A stretch of 64,000 nucleotides of DNA. Source: the human T2T-CHM13v2.0 reference genome, Homo sapiens. Numbering within the stretch: position 1 is the stretch's first letter; the number at the start of each line of letters is the position of its first letter. A program made the translations under genes and the position numbers. Below are positions 1-12,550 of the stretch, piece after piece. The DNA is taken from NCBI RefSeq assembly GCF_009914755.1, contig NC_060928.1. The stretch is one strand, 5' to 3'. The notes beneath the pieces are model-generated. The model did no database searches, had not been told where the DNA came from, and saw only the letters and a list, made by a program, of their open reading frames with translations.

Positions 1-461
1 TCTTCACTCCTTGAATATGGGCTGGCTTTGTGACTTGTTTTGACCAATAGAATGTGGCAGAAGTGACAGGGTGCATATTTTAGAGCTTAAGTCTCAAGAG
101 GCCTTGCAATTTCTGCCTTTTTCCTCTGGAAAAAGGGAGATACCCTGCCCAGGCTATCCTGCTGTAGAGACCGCCTAGGGAGACAGAGCCTGGAGGGCGA
201 GAGAGCATGACGGAAGAGATCCACAGCCACACAGAGGCCTTTCTGGTCACTGGAGCCGGGCCACTAGGCACATGTAGATGTGACGTGATCTTGTGTCCCC
301 TAATTCGGGTTGGTCTGTCCCACCAACACCACGTGGAGCAGACACAAACTGTTCCCACTAAGATTTGCCAAAATTGCAGAATGGTGACCAAACAAAGGTT
401 ATGGATGCTTCAAGCCTCTAAGTTTTGAAGTCATTTGGCATAGAGCAACAGATAATTGATA
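1..461 (+). mobile_element. MaLR MLT1-family LTR (old MLT1F-J type), cut by window edge
   Basis: Typical MLT1 motifs 'ctttgtgacttgttttgaccaatagaatgtggcagaagtgac' and 3' end 'agcaacagataattgata'. Confidence 0.7.
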
Positions 462-1474
462 TGGTGGCAGGTAACTACCACTCAACAAATATGTATAGAT
501 GAATAAATGAGTGAATCAACCTGGCCTCAGCTCTGAAGAGATACAGATTATCTGCTGAGGATCTCTGGTCTATTACATGTACTTGGTAACCTCTCGTATG
601 ACCAAGAGGAGCTAATGTAAATACTTGGACCAATTTGCCCTGTGCTGATTGTCTTTATATTAGTGATCCCTGGTGGATATTTAGAAAATTCCTTTCTGCT
701 TGACAGACAAGACAGCAAACACACAGTTTTAGGGCAGTGAAGTAAGTGCTATGGACAAAAGAGTGTGCATGGCTCCAGGGGATTGTAGTGGAGGAAGCTT
801 ATGGCTGCCTAGAGTGGTCAAGGAAGTCTTCCAAGGGGAGGAGTTGTGAGTTGAGAGGATTTTCTTCAACATCTGGAGCTGCAGAGGGAGCCTTCCAAGC
901 AGTAGAATGAAATGTACAAAGACACATCAGCTGGGGAAGTTTTGCAGTGTACATGTACCAGGAGTGGCTTCTGGACTGTTTTTCACTAGACCTTACTGAC
1001 TAGTCTGAGATATCCCATGTATGTGAGGGGTGGTGGATGGGGCAGCTGGATGGAGGTGATGCTGGGGTGGGGGTGGACAGGGACCTGAGCATAAGCATCC
1101 TTGTTGGCCCCTAAGAGTGGAACTTTTCCCTAAAGACTCAGGAAACCCTTGAAGGATTTTAAGAAGTTTGATGTGATCTTATAAGGGCAGCCCTCAGCTT
1201 TTGAGATTTCAAGGGACCAGAGCAGCTTTCCAAGTCTTGGACTTTGATCCCACATGGCTCTGCTTTCTGTTTGCTGCTGGCTGCCATGCAAAAAGGGCAT
1301 TATCTTCAGGCAACAGCATGTCCTCAGTCTATCCTTTTTCCACTATGCTTAGAAATCTTCAGGGGGTAAGTGCTACGATGAGAACAACTGCTAATTCATT
1401 AAATCATTAACTTGTTCTTCAGTCATTGATATGGGTAACAGACTCCTGAAATAGCATTTTCCTTATGAAACTAG

Positions 1475-1969
1475 TGACAAAGATGTGTTTCTTGGCCAAA
1501 CTTTAGTCAGGCTCCTGAACCTTCTCCTAGGCTCATCTATGCACTTTCTAGTAAAATCCATTTTTAGCAAATAACTGCTGAGTCACTTTGGCAAGAATTC
1601 CCCATCCTCGATACCTGATCAGCCTTGATATCTGATCAGATTCCTCACCCTCTACTGTGTCCTCTGTGATGTCTGATCACCCTGTACCATCTTCAGCAAG
1701 AATCCTCTTAGGTCAAAATTGAGCCAGAATCCTTCTTTCCCCTGATGTGTCCTCTTAGTAATTTTTCATCCACTGGCTCCCCTCCCACTTCTCCCCAGGG
1801 CTCCTTGGCTATAGATTCCCACTTGCCCATGCTGTATTTGGAGTTGAGTGCAACCTCTCTGTACTGCAAAATCCCATTGCCATAGTTGCTGTGCCTATTT
1901 GTGATGGTCTTGAATAAAGTCTTCCTCACCATGTTTCACAAGTATCATTGAAAATTTTTTTCTTTAACG
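1475..1969 (+). mobile_element. ERV1 solo LTR, MER31-like
   Basis: Starts TGACAAAG, ends TTTAACG (CA>CG), AATAAA near 1913, 4-bp TSD CTAG at 1471-1474 and 1970-1973. Confidence 0.8.
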
Positions 1970-2959
1970 CTAGACAGCCAATGTATAGTGCTTTGAGTCT
2001 CTCTGAATATCCCTTCACACTGATAATGAACATACAGAAAGTAGAGTCTCAAGTTAAAGGCGTGTTTTCAGAAATAATTGGAAAATGTTTCTGAGTTAGC
2101 AAATTGTGATTTTCTGCAGTCAGTTTCTGAGGTCACAGAACAAAATATTAGGGAACTTCTCTGAGTGCCATAGATACTATTCTGCTTCAGAAGGTATTAG
2201 ACTTCAGAAGCCAGAGAAAGTTTGTGTATCCCTCCGATCCCTGGGATTTATGACATTCTTAATCAGGAAGAAGGATCTGTAAGATTTCTTCCAATTTCAA
2301 ATGAAGGCAAAATTTATGAGTGGTCAGATGAATAGGCCATCTCTTTCTGGAGACAATTTCATTTCCAGCCTTCATTCAGAGTTAGGATTGATTTATCCCT
2401 TTGGTTAGGTGCCAAATGGTCAGCCCTGAGCAAAGGTAGATGTGAGATGTTTATTAGACTGGAGCATGAGCCTGATGGTGTTCTGCTCCCAGTGGGCGCC
2501 ATGGTCCTGTCCACCCACCAAACCAAGGGCAGGCTGCACAGAGTTGCACTCAGAGCAATGGCAGTCCCAAACTAATAAAAAGTGTAAAGCAGTTTAATCT
2601 CAGTCTCACTCACAGCAGAAGTTTTGAATCTGCTTTTTTCATCTTTTGTACATAAATTTTACTGCCATGTGCCACCCCCAGCCTCTGCTTTCCTCTAAAT
2701 TCCCCATAAAACTCTCTCTAAATGGGAGCACAACAGCCTCTCACTTTTTTCCCCCTTTCCCCATTTCTCTTTGAGTTTAGTTCTTCATTATATTAATCAA
2801 AATTATCCCCCTTCCCTCATTATCTGTACTGAGCCAAAAAAGAGGCAGGGATAAATTTGACCGGAATTCCTCCTCCTTCAACAAGAGGATATGGGGATGG
2901 TCAGGGGAATGCTGAGTTCTGAGCACTGGCCTCATGAAGCCTTGCTTCTCACATGCTCT

Positions 2960-3265
2960 CCGAAAATCCTGACATGGACACAAGAACTGGCCCAAACAAG
3001 CCTACAGGAGATGAAGATGGTGGGAAGCAGAAAGGAGCCATCCCGCCACGGCCATCCTTGACCAGCCAGACCAGCCTCCACGCTAGCTGGCTACCAACAC
3101 AGGAGCAAGCCCAGGAAAACTTAGCCAAGCCTGGTCCAGATCAGCAGAGCCACCCAGGCTTCCTACAGAACTGTGAGAATTAATACATGTCTATTGTTTT
3201 AAGCTGCTGAGTTTGGGGCGGGTGGTTGCTACAGAGCAATATTGTGGTGATAGATAGCCAGTGCT
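2960..3265 (+). mobile_element. MLT1 LTR 3' fragment
   Basis: 'cagaactgtgagaattaatacatgtctattgttttaagctgctgagtttgggg' is the MLT1 3' motif. Confidence 0.65.
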
Positions 3266-4344
3266 ATCTATCTACTCTCTTAAATCCATCATGATTCAGG
3301 CCAGTGTCTAACTTGAATCTCACCTCTTTCCAAGTGGATATCTTTGACTCCTCCAGGCTACCATGATTTTCCTCTCAGACAAATGTCTTCACCAAACAAT
3401 CAGGTATCAATCTTAGTTTTTCTCTTATAACGTTTTCTGTTTTTTCTCTTGTGTGCCAAAGAGTCACTGTATTATCTCATCACTCTGCCCCCACCAAGAT
3501 AATGTTCCACTCTAACGTCTCATTTAGCCCACAGGAAAAAATAAATTTTGAACGTCTACATAAAATTAATCATATCTATTTTGAAACCTAACTCAGACAT
3601 TTTGTTCTGTCTCAGTGGAATCTGTCAAAACAAAAACCAATGAAATAATTGAGTGGTATTAAGGGGGAAAGTAGCTGGCAAGGTTAAATGGTACTAATCC
3701 ACCCTCTATACATTTTAAGCCTTTTTGTCTGGGAAAATCTGCCTTTTCTACTGGACTGTAAGCTTCCTGAGGTCAGCATCCATATCCTGCATCCCTCCTA
3801 AGCCCTCACTGACCACCAACAATTGCTAGTTCTTGGTTATAGATGACTGTCAATTACATGCTTGATGGATCCTTTAAAAAAGGTAACCAGCTAACCATTT
3901 CTTCTAATTGATGGGTATTTTGCAATCCTTGCCTGCCTCGTCCTCTTCCCCTAATTTCTCCTTGATTACTGCCAGGGAAAATTCCTCCATCCCAACCCCA
4001 GGGAGTCTGTTTCATTTCCTAATTACTTTCCCTGCCGAGAACTTTCTTGTCTTGCTGTATCTAACCCAAATTCCCCCTTCTGTAGCTTCAGGCCATTGCA
4101 CCTTAGTCTTAATCCTCTGGAAGGAAGAGTAATTCCCTTGATTAATTTATATTGTAATCTCAAAGCTGTTTATACATCACAATTTCTGCTTTCCCTGGAG
4201 TCTCTTGTTGCTAGATTAGAGGAATAAGATTTCTTTTTTCATTTTTCCTCTATACCTAATTTTTTTGGCTTACAGACCTCTCAGATCTTTCTAGGTGCTG
4301 CAGTTAGATATCTTTCTTTCCAGGCTGATGTATCAGAATTGCTT

Positions 4345-4860
4345 CTCGTTTATTGAATATTTACTCCATGTGTTAGGCACTGGGCTAAGCATTTTTACAC
4401 ACATTATGTTGTTTGACTCTCAGAATGAGACAAGTGTTGTTATTAACCCTATTTAATAGATGAAGAAATGGAAGCCTGGGAAGGTTGAGTCACATCCACA
4501 CAGCACAATAAATTCATACAGCTGATTATTGGCAGAATTGGGGCTTGAGCATCTGTCTTTCCATTCTCAGTGTAAGTTCTTAACTATTGTTCTATACTTT
4601 CTTTAAATATATTATGTTGTCTTCTCAATGATTCTCACCAGGTTACCTAAATGACACCATGTTCTTCTCTTTGGATATCCCTTTGGTTACAGAAATAAGT
4701 GCCTTCAAACAGTTAAAGAATATGGGTTTGAGTATCAGTTTTGAGCACCTATTTTCTCTGTGACCTTGGACAGGTTATTTTCTAATCTGTGAAATGAGAG
4801 GGAAATCATGTATATTACGATTTCAAATGAGATAACTATGAAGCACTATACTATTAGAAT
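4345..4860. mobile_element. Two MIR fragments (minus about 4345-4600, plus about 4710-4860)
   Basis: MIR core motifs 'atagatgaagaaatggaagcct' and 'tgtgaccttggacaggttatt...tctgtgaaatg'. Confidence 0.6.
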
Positions 4861-5071
4861 GGATTTTATTTGTTGGAATTATTTATTTTTGTAACAATTA
4901 ATTATTTATTTTTATCACTAATTTTGAGAGTGAGAAATAGGGGAGTGGGGAACTTGATAAATCCAGAAATATAAAAATAGCCAATAATTATATGGCGTGG
5001 CAGCCTAGTCTGGATTTGGAATTTGGAATTCTACCCTTGACTTTTATCTCTGGTACTTATATGAGTCTGGG

Positions 5072-5458
5072 TGTTATGGACTGAACTGTGTCTTTCAAAA
5101 ATTCTTATGTTGAAGCCCTAGCAGTGAGTGTGATTGTTTTTGGAGATAGGGCTTTTAGGAGGTAGTAAAGGATAAATGAAGCCATAAGGTAAAGTCCTAA
5201 TCCTATAGGACTGGTGACTTTATAAGAAGAGGAAGAGAGAGTGATCTTCATGCGCACACACAGAGGGCCAGGCCACGTGAGGACACAGAGAGCAGGTGGC
5301 CATCTAAAACCCGAGGAGAGAGCCCTCACCAGATAGTGACCCTGCTGACACTTTGATGTGGTACTTCTGGCTTCCTGAACTGTGGGAAAATGCATTTATG
5401 TTGTTTAAGCCACACACTCCATGGTATTTGGTAATGGAAGTCTGATCAGCCTAATACA
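5072..5458 (+). mobile_element. MLT1A/B solo LTR
   Basis: TGTTATGGACTGAA start, CTAATACA end, typical internal motifs. Confidence 0.8.
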
Positions 5459-6471
5459 CTGAGTCAGTCACTGATTGCATTATGGTCAATTCATGGTATC
5501 CCACTAGAATCTTCCCTTGTTGTCAGTGAAGGCATAAACTCCATTTGCAGAGGCGTTTTGTCTGCTTCCCGAGACTTCCTTTCCCATAAGGAATGGTGAA
5601 ATGATCTTGAGTGAATCATCAAGGGAAGGACCATCTCTCAAGATGAGTCTTCGCATGTGGTGCAGCCCTGCAGGGAATCTTCAGCCTTCCTACCCCATGG
5701 GGAGATTCTCCCTTCCTTTTCAGTGTTGGGAAATCAGGGTATTTTTGTTGTTTATTTTTTTATTGATTTTAAAGGAGCCAGTGAGTTCTTTAAAAACACT
5801 TCAGTTCTCTCATCTTCAAGGTAACAATGAAGTCACTTACCTATTACTTAGGCAGGATAGTAGAAGTGAATGAGCATTGTACTAGCTGTGATTCTTTAGC
5901 CGAGATGCTTAACCCTTCTAAGCCTGTTTTCTTTTTCTGTAAGATGAGTTCTGTTAGACCAGATGACAGGTTGGAAAGAAAATGCCTATCTAGACAGGTA
6001 TCAAGGGTGACTGCAGAAACTGGAGCTTACCTCCCCAAGGGGAGCCACTGCTCACCTCCTGTCAGTTGGTGACCTGTGGAATGCACACACTTGGGATTGC
6101 CAGATTTCAGATTTTTCAAAACAAAGTTAGGGATCAGATTTCTTTGCGACATTCCTTGTTTTTTAAATATGGGAAACAGAATTACATTTTATGAAGACTG
6201 TGAGCAAGATGAAGCTGGATAGTCCAAGCAGAAGACCTAGGATGTTACTGCTGGGTGAATGGGGTAAAGCAGGGCTTTAAGACGTGCACATGAATTCTCC
6301 CTTGTTGACAGGTGGGATTGTGAATGAGCTCTCAGGTGATGCAATGCTGCTACTTAGAGTAGCAAGGCAGCTAGATGATCTCTGGAGTAGGTTTCCTTCA
6401 CCTCTAACAGCTGGCGATGATATTGGAATTCTTAAACTTCATAAGACTAACCTACATTGGACATGCATCTT

Positions 6472-8226
6472 TTTTTTTTATTTTTATTGATCATTCTTGG
6501 GTGTTTCTCACAGAGGGGGATTTGGCAGGGTCATAGGACAATAGTGGAGGGACGGTCAGCAGATAAACAAGTGAACAAAGGTCTCTGGTTTTCCTAGGCA
6601 GAGGACCCTGAGGCCTTCCGCAGTGTTTGTGTCCCTGGGTACTTGAGATTAGGGAGTGGTGATGACTCTTAACGAGCATGCTGCCTTCAAGCATCTGTTT
6701 AACAAAGCACATCTTGCACCGCCCTTAATCCATTTAACCCTGAGTGGACACAGCACATGTTTCAGAGAGCACAGGGTTGGGGGGTAAGGTCACAGATCAA
6801 CAGGATCCCAAGGCAGAAGAATTTTTCTTAGTACAGAACAAAATGAAAAGTCTCCCATGTCTACTTCTTTCCACACAGACACGGCAACCATCCGATTTCT
6901 CAATCTTTTCCCTACCTTTCCCCCCTTTCTATTCCACAAAACCACCATTGTCATCATGGCCCGTTCTCAATGAGCTGTTGGGCACACCTCCCAGACGGAT
7001 GGGGCGGCTGGCCAGGCGGGGGGCTGACCCCCCCCACCTCCCTCCTGGACGGGGCGGCTGGCCGGGCGGGGGGCTGACCCCCCCACCTCCCTCCCGGACG
7101 GGGCGGCTGGCCGGGCAGAGGGGCTCCTCACTTCCCAGTAGGGGCGGCCGGGCAGAGGCGCCCCTCACCTCCCGGACGAGGCGGCTGGCGGGCTGACCCC
7201 CCCACCTCCCTCCCGGTCGGGGCGGCTGGCCGGTGGCGGGGGCTGACCCCCCCCACCTCCCTCCCGGACGGGGCGGCTGGCCGGGCGGGGGGCTGACCCC
7301 CCCACCTCCCTCCCGGATGGGGCGGCTGCCGGGCGGAGGGGCTCCTCACTTCTCAGACGGGGCGGCTGCCGGGCGGAGGGGCTCCTCACTTCTCAGATGG
7401 GGAGGTTGCCAGGCGGAGGGTCTCCTCCCTTCTCAGATGGGGCGGCTGGGCAGAGGCGCTCCTCACCTCCCAGACGGGGTCGTGGCCGGGCAGAGGCGCT
7501 CCTCACATCCCAGACGGGGCGGCGGGGCAAAGGCGCTCCCCACATCTCAGACGATGGGCGGCCGGGCAGAGACGCTCCTCACTTCCTAGATGGGATGGCG
7601 GCCGGGAAGAGGCGCTCCTCACTTCCTAGATGGGATGGCGGCTGGGCAGAGACGCTCCTCACTTTCCAGACTGGGCAGCCAGGCAGAGGGGCTCCTCACA
7701 TCCCAGACGATGGGCGGCCAGGCAGAGACGCTCCTCACTTCCTAGATGGGGTGGCGGCCGGGCAGAGGCTGCACTCTAGGCACTTTGGGAGGCCAAGGCA
7801 GGCGGCTGGGAGGTGGAGGTTGTAGCGAGCCGAGATCACACCACTGCACTCCAGCCTGGGCACCATTGAGCACTGAGTGAACCAGACACCATCTGCAATC
7901 CCGGCACCTCCGGAGGCCGAGGCTGGCGGATCACTCGCGGTTAGGAGCTGGAGACCAGCCCGGCCAACACAACGAAACCCCATCTCCACCAAAAAAATAC
8001 GAAAACCAGTCAGGCGTGGTGGCGCGCGCCTGCAATCGCAGGCACTCGGCAGGCTGAGGCAGGAGAATCAGGCAGGGAGGTTGCAGTGAGCCGAGATGGC
8101 AGCAGTACAGTCCAGCTTCGGCTCGGCATCAGAGGGAGACCGTGGAAAGAGAGGGAGAGGGAGACTGGGGAGAGGGAGACCATGGGGAGAGGGAGAGGGA
8201 GAGGGAGAGGGAGAGGGAGAGGGAGA
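6472..8226 (-). mobile_element. Full-length SVA retrotransposon (SVA_D-like)
   Basis: On minus strand: (CCCTCT)n hexamer about 8148-8226, Alu-like about 7770-8140, GC-rich VNTR about 6985-7770, SINE-R about 6485-6985, AATAAA plus short poly(A); perfect 12-bp TSD GACATGCATCTT at 6460-6471 and 8227-8238; TT/AAGA L1-endonuclease-type site. Confidence 0.97.
6985..7770 (-). repeat. SVA VNTR, CpG-rich with G-quadruplex potential
   Basis: Tandem 35-50 bp units such as 'cccccccacctccctcccggacggggcggctggccgggcgggggg'. Confidence 0.95.
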
Positions 8227-8594
8227 GACATGCATCTTAAAGTCTGTTCTTCACCCACCTAGACCTGCATTCCTCTTGTCTCTGTCCCTCTGTGTCACAC
8301 CTCTATCACACTAACATCCTGAATTCCATTTGACCTTAAAGTAATTATAGTCTCTTTGGGTCATTTTGGATGCTTGGCATTGCTGGATATTACAGATGAC
8401 ATATATGATATAGAGGCATCCCAGGTTTTTCCAGGATGATTGCATGGGAGCTATCATAGGATGATATGAGAAGAGCAGAGATTGCAAAATGGGAAAACTG
8501 AACATAGAATAAGAAATGATGGTCACAATTTCAGACTCAGGTTTTAGGTTTTTCCTGATAAGACCCTCATAAATTAGATTGTTCTGGTGATAGG

Positions 8595-9905
8595 GGCAGG
8601 AATTTATTCACTCAGCCACTTAATAAGAATTTATTCTTTGCGTGTGATGTGCCAGGTAGTGTTCTTCTGGGTAGGGATGTAACAGAAAGCAAGGCAAAAT
8701 TCCCTTTTCTAATGGAGCTACATTCCAGTGAGAGAAACAGATAAGAAACCAGGAAACAAACAAATAAGTAATATAATGTCAGACAGTAATGAATGCTGTG
8801 AAGAAAAAAAAATATCAAGGTTAGGGGATAGAGTTTGCTGTTGGAGGAGTGGGAGCTTCTCTGAGTGGTCACGGAAGGTGTCACCAGGCAATGTGAAATT
8901 CCACTTCATGGTATCCAGATTTTTCATGATCTGGCTCTAGCCTCACCTTCCACTATCTACCTTATAGTTCGTGACTCAGAAAAGCTGAGCCTCGATCTGT
9001 TTTTCCTTCCTGTGCTTCTTCTGTCTGGCTGTTCCTTCTATCTGAACTGTCTTCCTTCCCTCATCTGGTTAGCTCCTAATAATCCCTGTAGGCTCCACTT
9101 GGGTGTCTCTTCTGCTTAAAGCATGCCCTGAGCTGCCCATTACACCCCGTCCCTCACTGGGACTGCCAGTGGTTATCCTTTAACCTCAGCAATCCGCTAA
9201 TGCCTTCTGCACTACTTTTCATTGCATTCTCAGTTTCTATTCAGTTGTCTCTATCAATTGGAACAGACCAGCTCAAAGGGGTTTAAATAATGGGCAAAAA
9301 ATCTAGACTCTTGCTGCTGGGATTGCACAGGTTGATTGGGCTGCAGGGCTGACCTAATCTGGGTGCTTCTGCTGAGTTTCTCTGTGATTCTCTTGCCCTG
9401 CCATCCTCTAGGTGCTGGCTTCATCTCCAAGTTGGCTGTAATGATTTTACTACATCCAGTGGCCAGAGAAAGAGACAGCAGACTTTCCCTCTTTATCTCA
9501 TTGAACTCTTAGAGGTCATGTGGCTGCTTCTGAGTCAGTCTTTTAATTGGGAAGGCTGGGTGCTGACCCTCTCAGGCCTGGGTTCCTGCACTAATCCCTG
9601 GCAAGGCTAAGGGGTTCCCCTTAGAACTGTCATGCACAATCTTCAAGCCAGGAATGGGGTCACCTTGTCCTTGGACCCATAAGTGGCAGAAGGCAGATAA
9701 CTGAACAAGAGCAGGGGTCTGTTAAGAAGGAGGAAGGGGCTACAGATGCTGAGTAAGCTGTCAACGGTCTTTGCTATGTTTGAGTCCACCATTAGATGAA
9801 TCTCCTTGAGGACAGTAATACTGCCTTTTTCATCTCTGTACTCCCAATACTTGGCACAGTGTCTAACATATAGCAGGCATTCAAGAAAAACCTGTTGAAT
9901 GACTA
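8595..9905. mobile_element. L2 fragments with an intervening old MLT1 LTR (minus, about 9240-9775)
   Basis: L2 3' motifs ('ttggcacagtgtctaacatatagcaggcattcaag...tgttgaatga'); MLT1-like interior. Confidence 0.5.
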
Positions 9906-10929
9906 AGTTATAAGGATATTAAAATATAAGTTAGTTAGAAGGAAGACAACCTTAAGAGAAAAGCCACATTTTGGCCAAATGAAGAAAATCCATGTATATT
10001 TCGCAGCACTTTATCCCTACCTCATGGCTAACCCTACCCTTTGTTATTCCAGATGATGCATGTGCTTCTAACTGTAGAAATGTCCTTGTCAATCACTAAA
10101 ATTAAGTAAGTATCTAGTGGACAAAGGTTTGAAGGACAATAAGTCATTGAAAAATGTAGACTGATCGGCAAATAGTGGACAGCATATGAAGCCGTGGCCT
10201 CCACCTCCTGGTGGGTGCTGTTGATGGCCATAGATCAAACTAAATGCTGCAGGCAGAGATTCACTGAGTTCAGATACTATCCAAATGTTCTGAAACCATT
10301 GGGTGAATGATCCCTGGAAATTTTAATCACCGTATTGAAAGTCCTTCAGGGAACAACAACATTTAGACTAAATATGACTTCTGGCACTCTGCCACATTAC
10401 GCAGGTCTGCAGGATGATGGTGGGAATCTGCACTGACCTCTTCTAGTCAGTCACTTTCCTGTATGTGCAACTTTTGGTGACAAGATGCATGAACCCAACT
10501 GGAACCAGCTGAAGATTATGGAGTTGCTCTCAGCGTCCACTAAAAGCCAGAATCCAGGCTTTGGGAAGGAAAGGCAAATCCAGCACCTCGAAAACTAGAC
10601 TGAGAGACCTGAACTCCACCAAGATTTACTCGCTGTCACTCTTGGCTTTTCTCTGTTTTTGGAGCGCTGATCTCTCCCAGTTTCTACAGATGATGTTGCA
10701 GCTCTTTGCTTTGCTTCTTCTGAACTTGGTCTCCAGAGGCAAACGCTCACAGGAAATATTGTGATTGGCACAAACTTGGGTGACACCCACACAATTTGGA
10801 CCAATTAGTGGCCATGAGCTCAGGTCCAATTATTGGGCCAGCTTGGGTTAGAGATCTTCTCTCAGACCAGTGACACACCAGTGTTTAATATGCTAAGTTC
10901 ATGCACCTCTCATTTGCAGCAAGTGTGCC

Positions 10930-11042
10930 CAGACCTTGGAATCTCTTAGCTGTGTGATCTTGGACAAGTTATTTAACTCTTTGTGACCAAGGTCGCTTAT
11001 CTGCAAGTGAAAATAATAATATTATATGGACATTGTTGTGTA

Positions 11043-11084
<42 letters not shown>

Positions 11085-11205
11085 GTATGAATGGATAATG
11101 TTCATTAGCTCTCACAATGTCACAATGTCCATATCGTTATTATTCCCATTGTTTAGAACAGTGCCTGAGACATAGTAAGTGCTGTATAAGTTGTAGCTTA
11201 CCAAT
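10930..11205 (+). mobile_element. MIR interrupted by (TG)n(TA)n and an inverted copy of itself
   Basis: MIR core 'agctgtgtgatcttggacaagttatttaac', MIR tail resumes at 11151 'gtttagaacagtgcctgagacatagtaagtgct'. Confidence 0.75.
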
Positions 11206-11939
11206 TAGCTATTAACTGGGTCAGACCCGGAAAGAGTGTTTCACCAAAAGAAGCGTGGGCCTTAGGTTGCTGCTTGACCTTGCCTATTTCTCCTAATGAT
11301 AATGTTGAAATTGTGGCCCAGATGAGTGGCCCTGTCTATTAGACTCAGCTGCTTGCTACTGGATTCCCCTGATGCTGGCCATATTTAAATACAGAAAGAC
11401 CCAATCCTGGGTCATCTAAACCACTCTGAAAGGGCATTGCCAATCCTTCTGACCAAGGTCAAGGTTGGCATGTGGGGCCTGTGCCTGCATGGGGGGCCAA
11501 ATGCCCTCTTGATTCTTCATGTCATTGCATTCATGGGCTCAAAAATGCAAGCCTTGGCTTCAGTGCAGTTCCTCATTCTCCAGAATGATGCATCAGTGTG
11601 TACTCTGAAAGGCCTTGTTGCCACCTGTCCCTGGCCTGAAGGGTCAAGATTAAGGACACCATGAAAAATATCTTGTTATGTTTAGTTTGTGTTTGACTTG
11701 GGAAATCTATAATTAGGATCACCTAGCATTATCCAGAAGAGTTATTCATGCCTTATAAACACTACCAACAGAATTAGAAGAACAAGTTTGGTCAGCAAGC
11801 ACACATTAAAACATGATGTCTTTGGTTGATAGAAAAATCTGACAAATCCTATTTCTATTTTCCAAAAGAGTGAGCAGTCTTATGAGAGAGTCTTTTGGAT
11901 CAGAAGCCTGTGTGTCTTTAAAAACATATATGGAACTGT

Positions 11940-12550
11940 GGCACCCCTGAGCTTACAAAATCTCCAGTGGTTCCCACAGCTCTTAGAATACAATTTGCAG
12001 TCCTTATCAGGGGTTATAAGACCCCTGATCTGCATTCTTTAATATGGTGGCCTCTGAACACAAGTCACTATTTAAATTAAATGCAGTTACAATTAAAAGT
12101 TTAGTTTGTTATTTTCATTGGCCTCATTTTAGGTGCTGAATAGATGCACCCATATTAGACAGCACAGATATAGAGCATCACTATAATTCCAGAAGTTTCA
12201 CCATCTTTCATTTTCTCCAGCACACAAAACTTTTTCCCACCATTACACATTTCTCCCTTCTTCCCTCTTCGCCTCTGTAACTCATCCGGTTTCAGGTTAA
12301 GTGTTACCTTCTCAGAGAGGCTTTCCTTGATCTCTCCTTCAAAATTGGGTCCCCCAATTAGTCTTTCTCATAGCAGCCTGTCCTTTGCTTTCATGCTACT
12401 TAAGATTTATGGTTATGTAGGTATTTTTGTGGGGAATGCCTGACTTCCCCTCTAAGTTGTAAGCTCATGAGGACAGTCAGTGTCAGTACTTTAACCTCAC
12501 TGTTCAACATATAGCAGGTGCTCAATCAATATTTGTTGAATGAATGCATG
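11940..12550. mobile_element. L2 3' region interrupted by a MER3-like hAT MITE (about 12030-12200)
   Basis: L2 tail 'tagcaggtgctcaatcaatatttgttgaatgaatg'; MER3-like 'ccatattagacagcacagatatagagcat'. Confidence 0.6.

Noticed and set aside
2484-2503. CTCF-like motif CTCCCAGTGGGCGCCA
   Set aside because: About three mismatches to the core consensus; not supportable without ChIP data.
6491-8314. Many overlapping 70-150 aa Pro/Gly/Arg-rich ORFs
   Set aside because: Artefacts of the GC-rich SVA VNTR, Alu-like and hexamer regions; SVA is non-coding.
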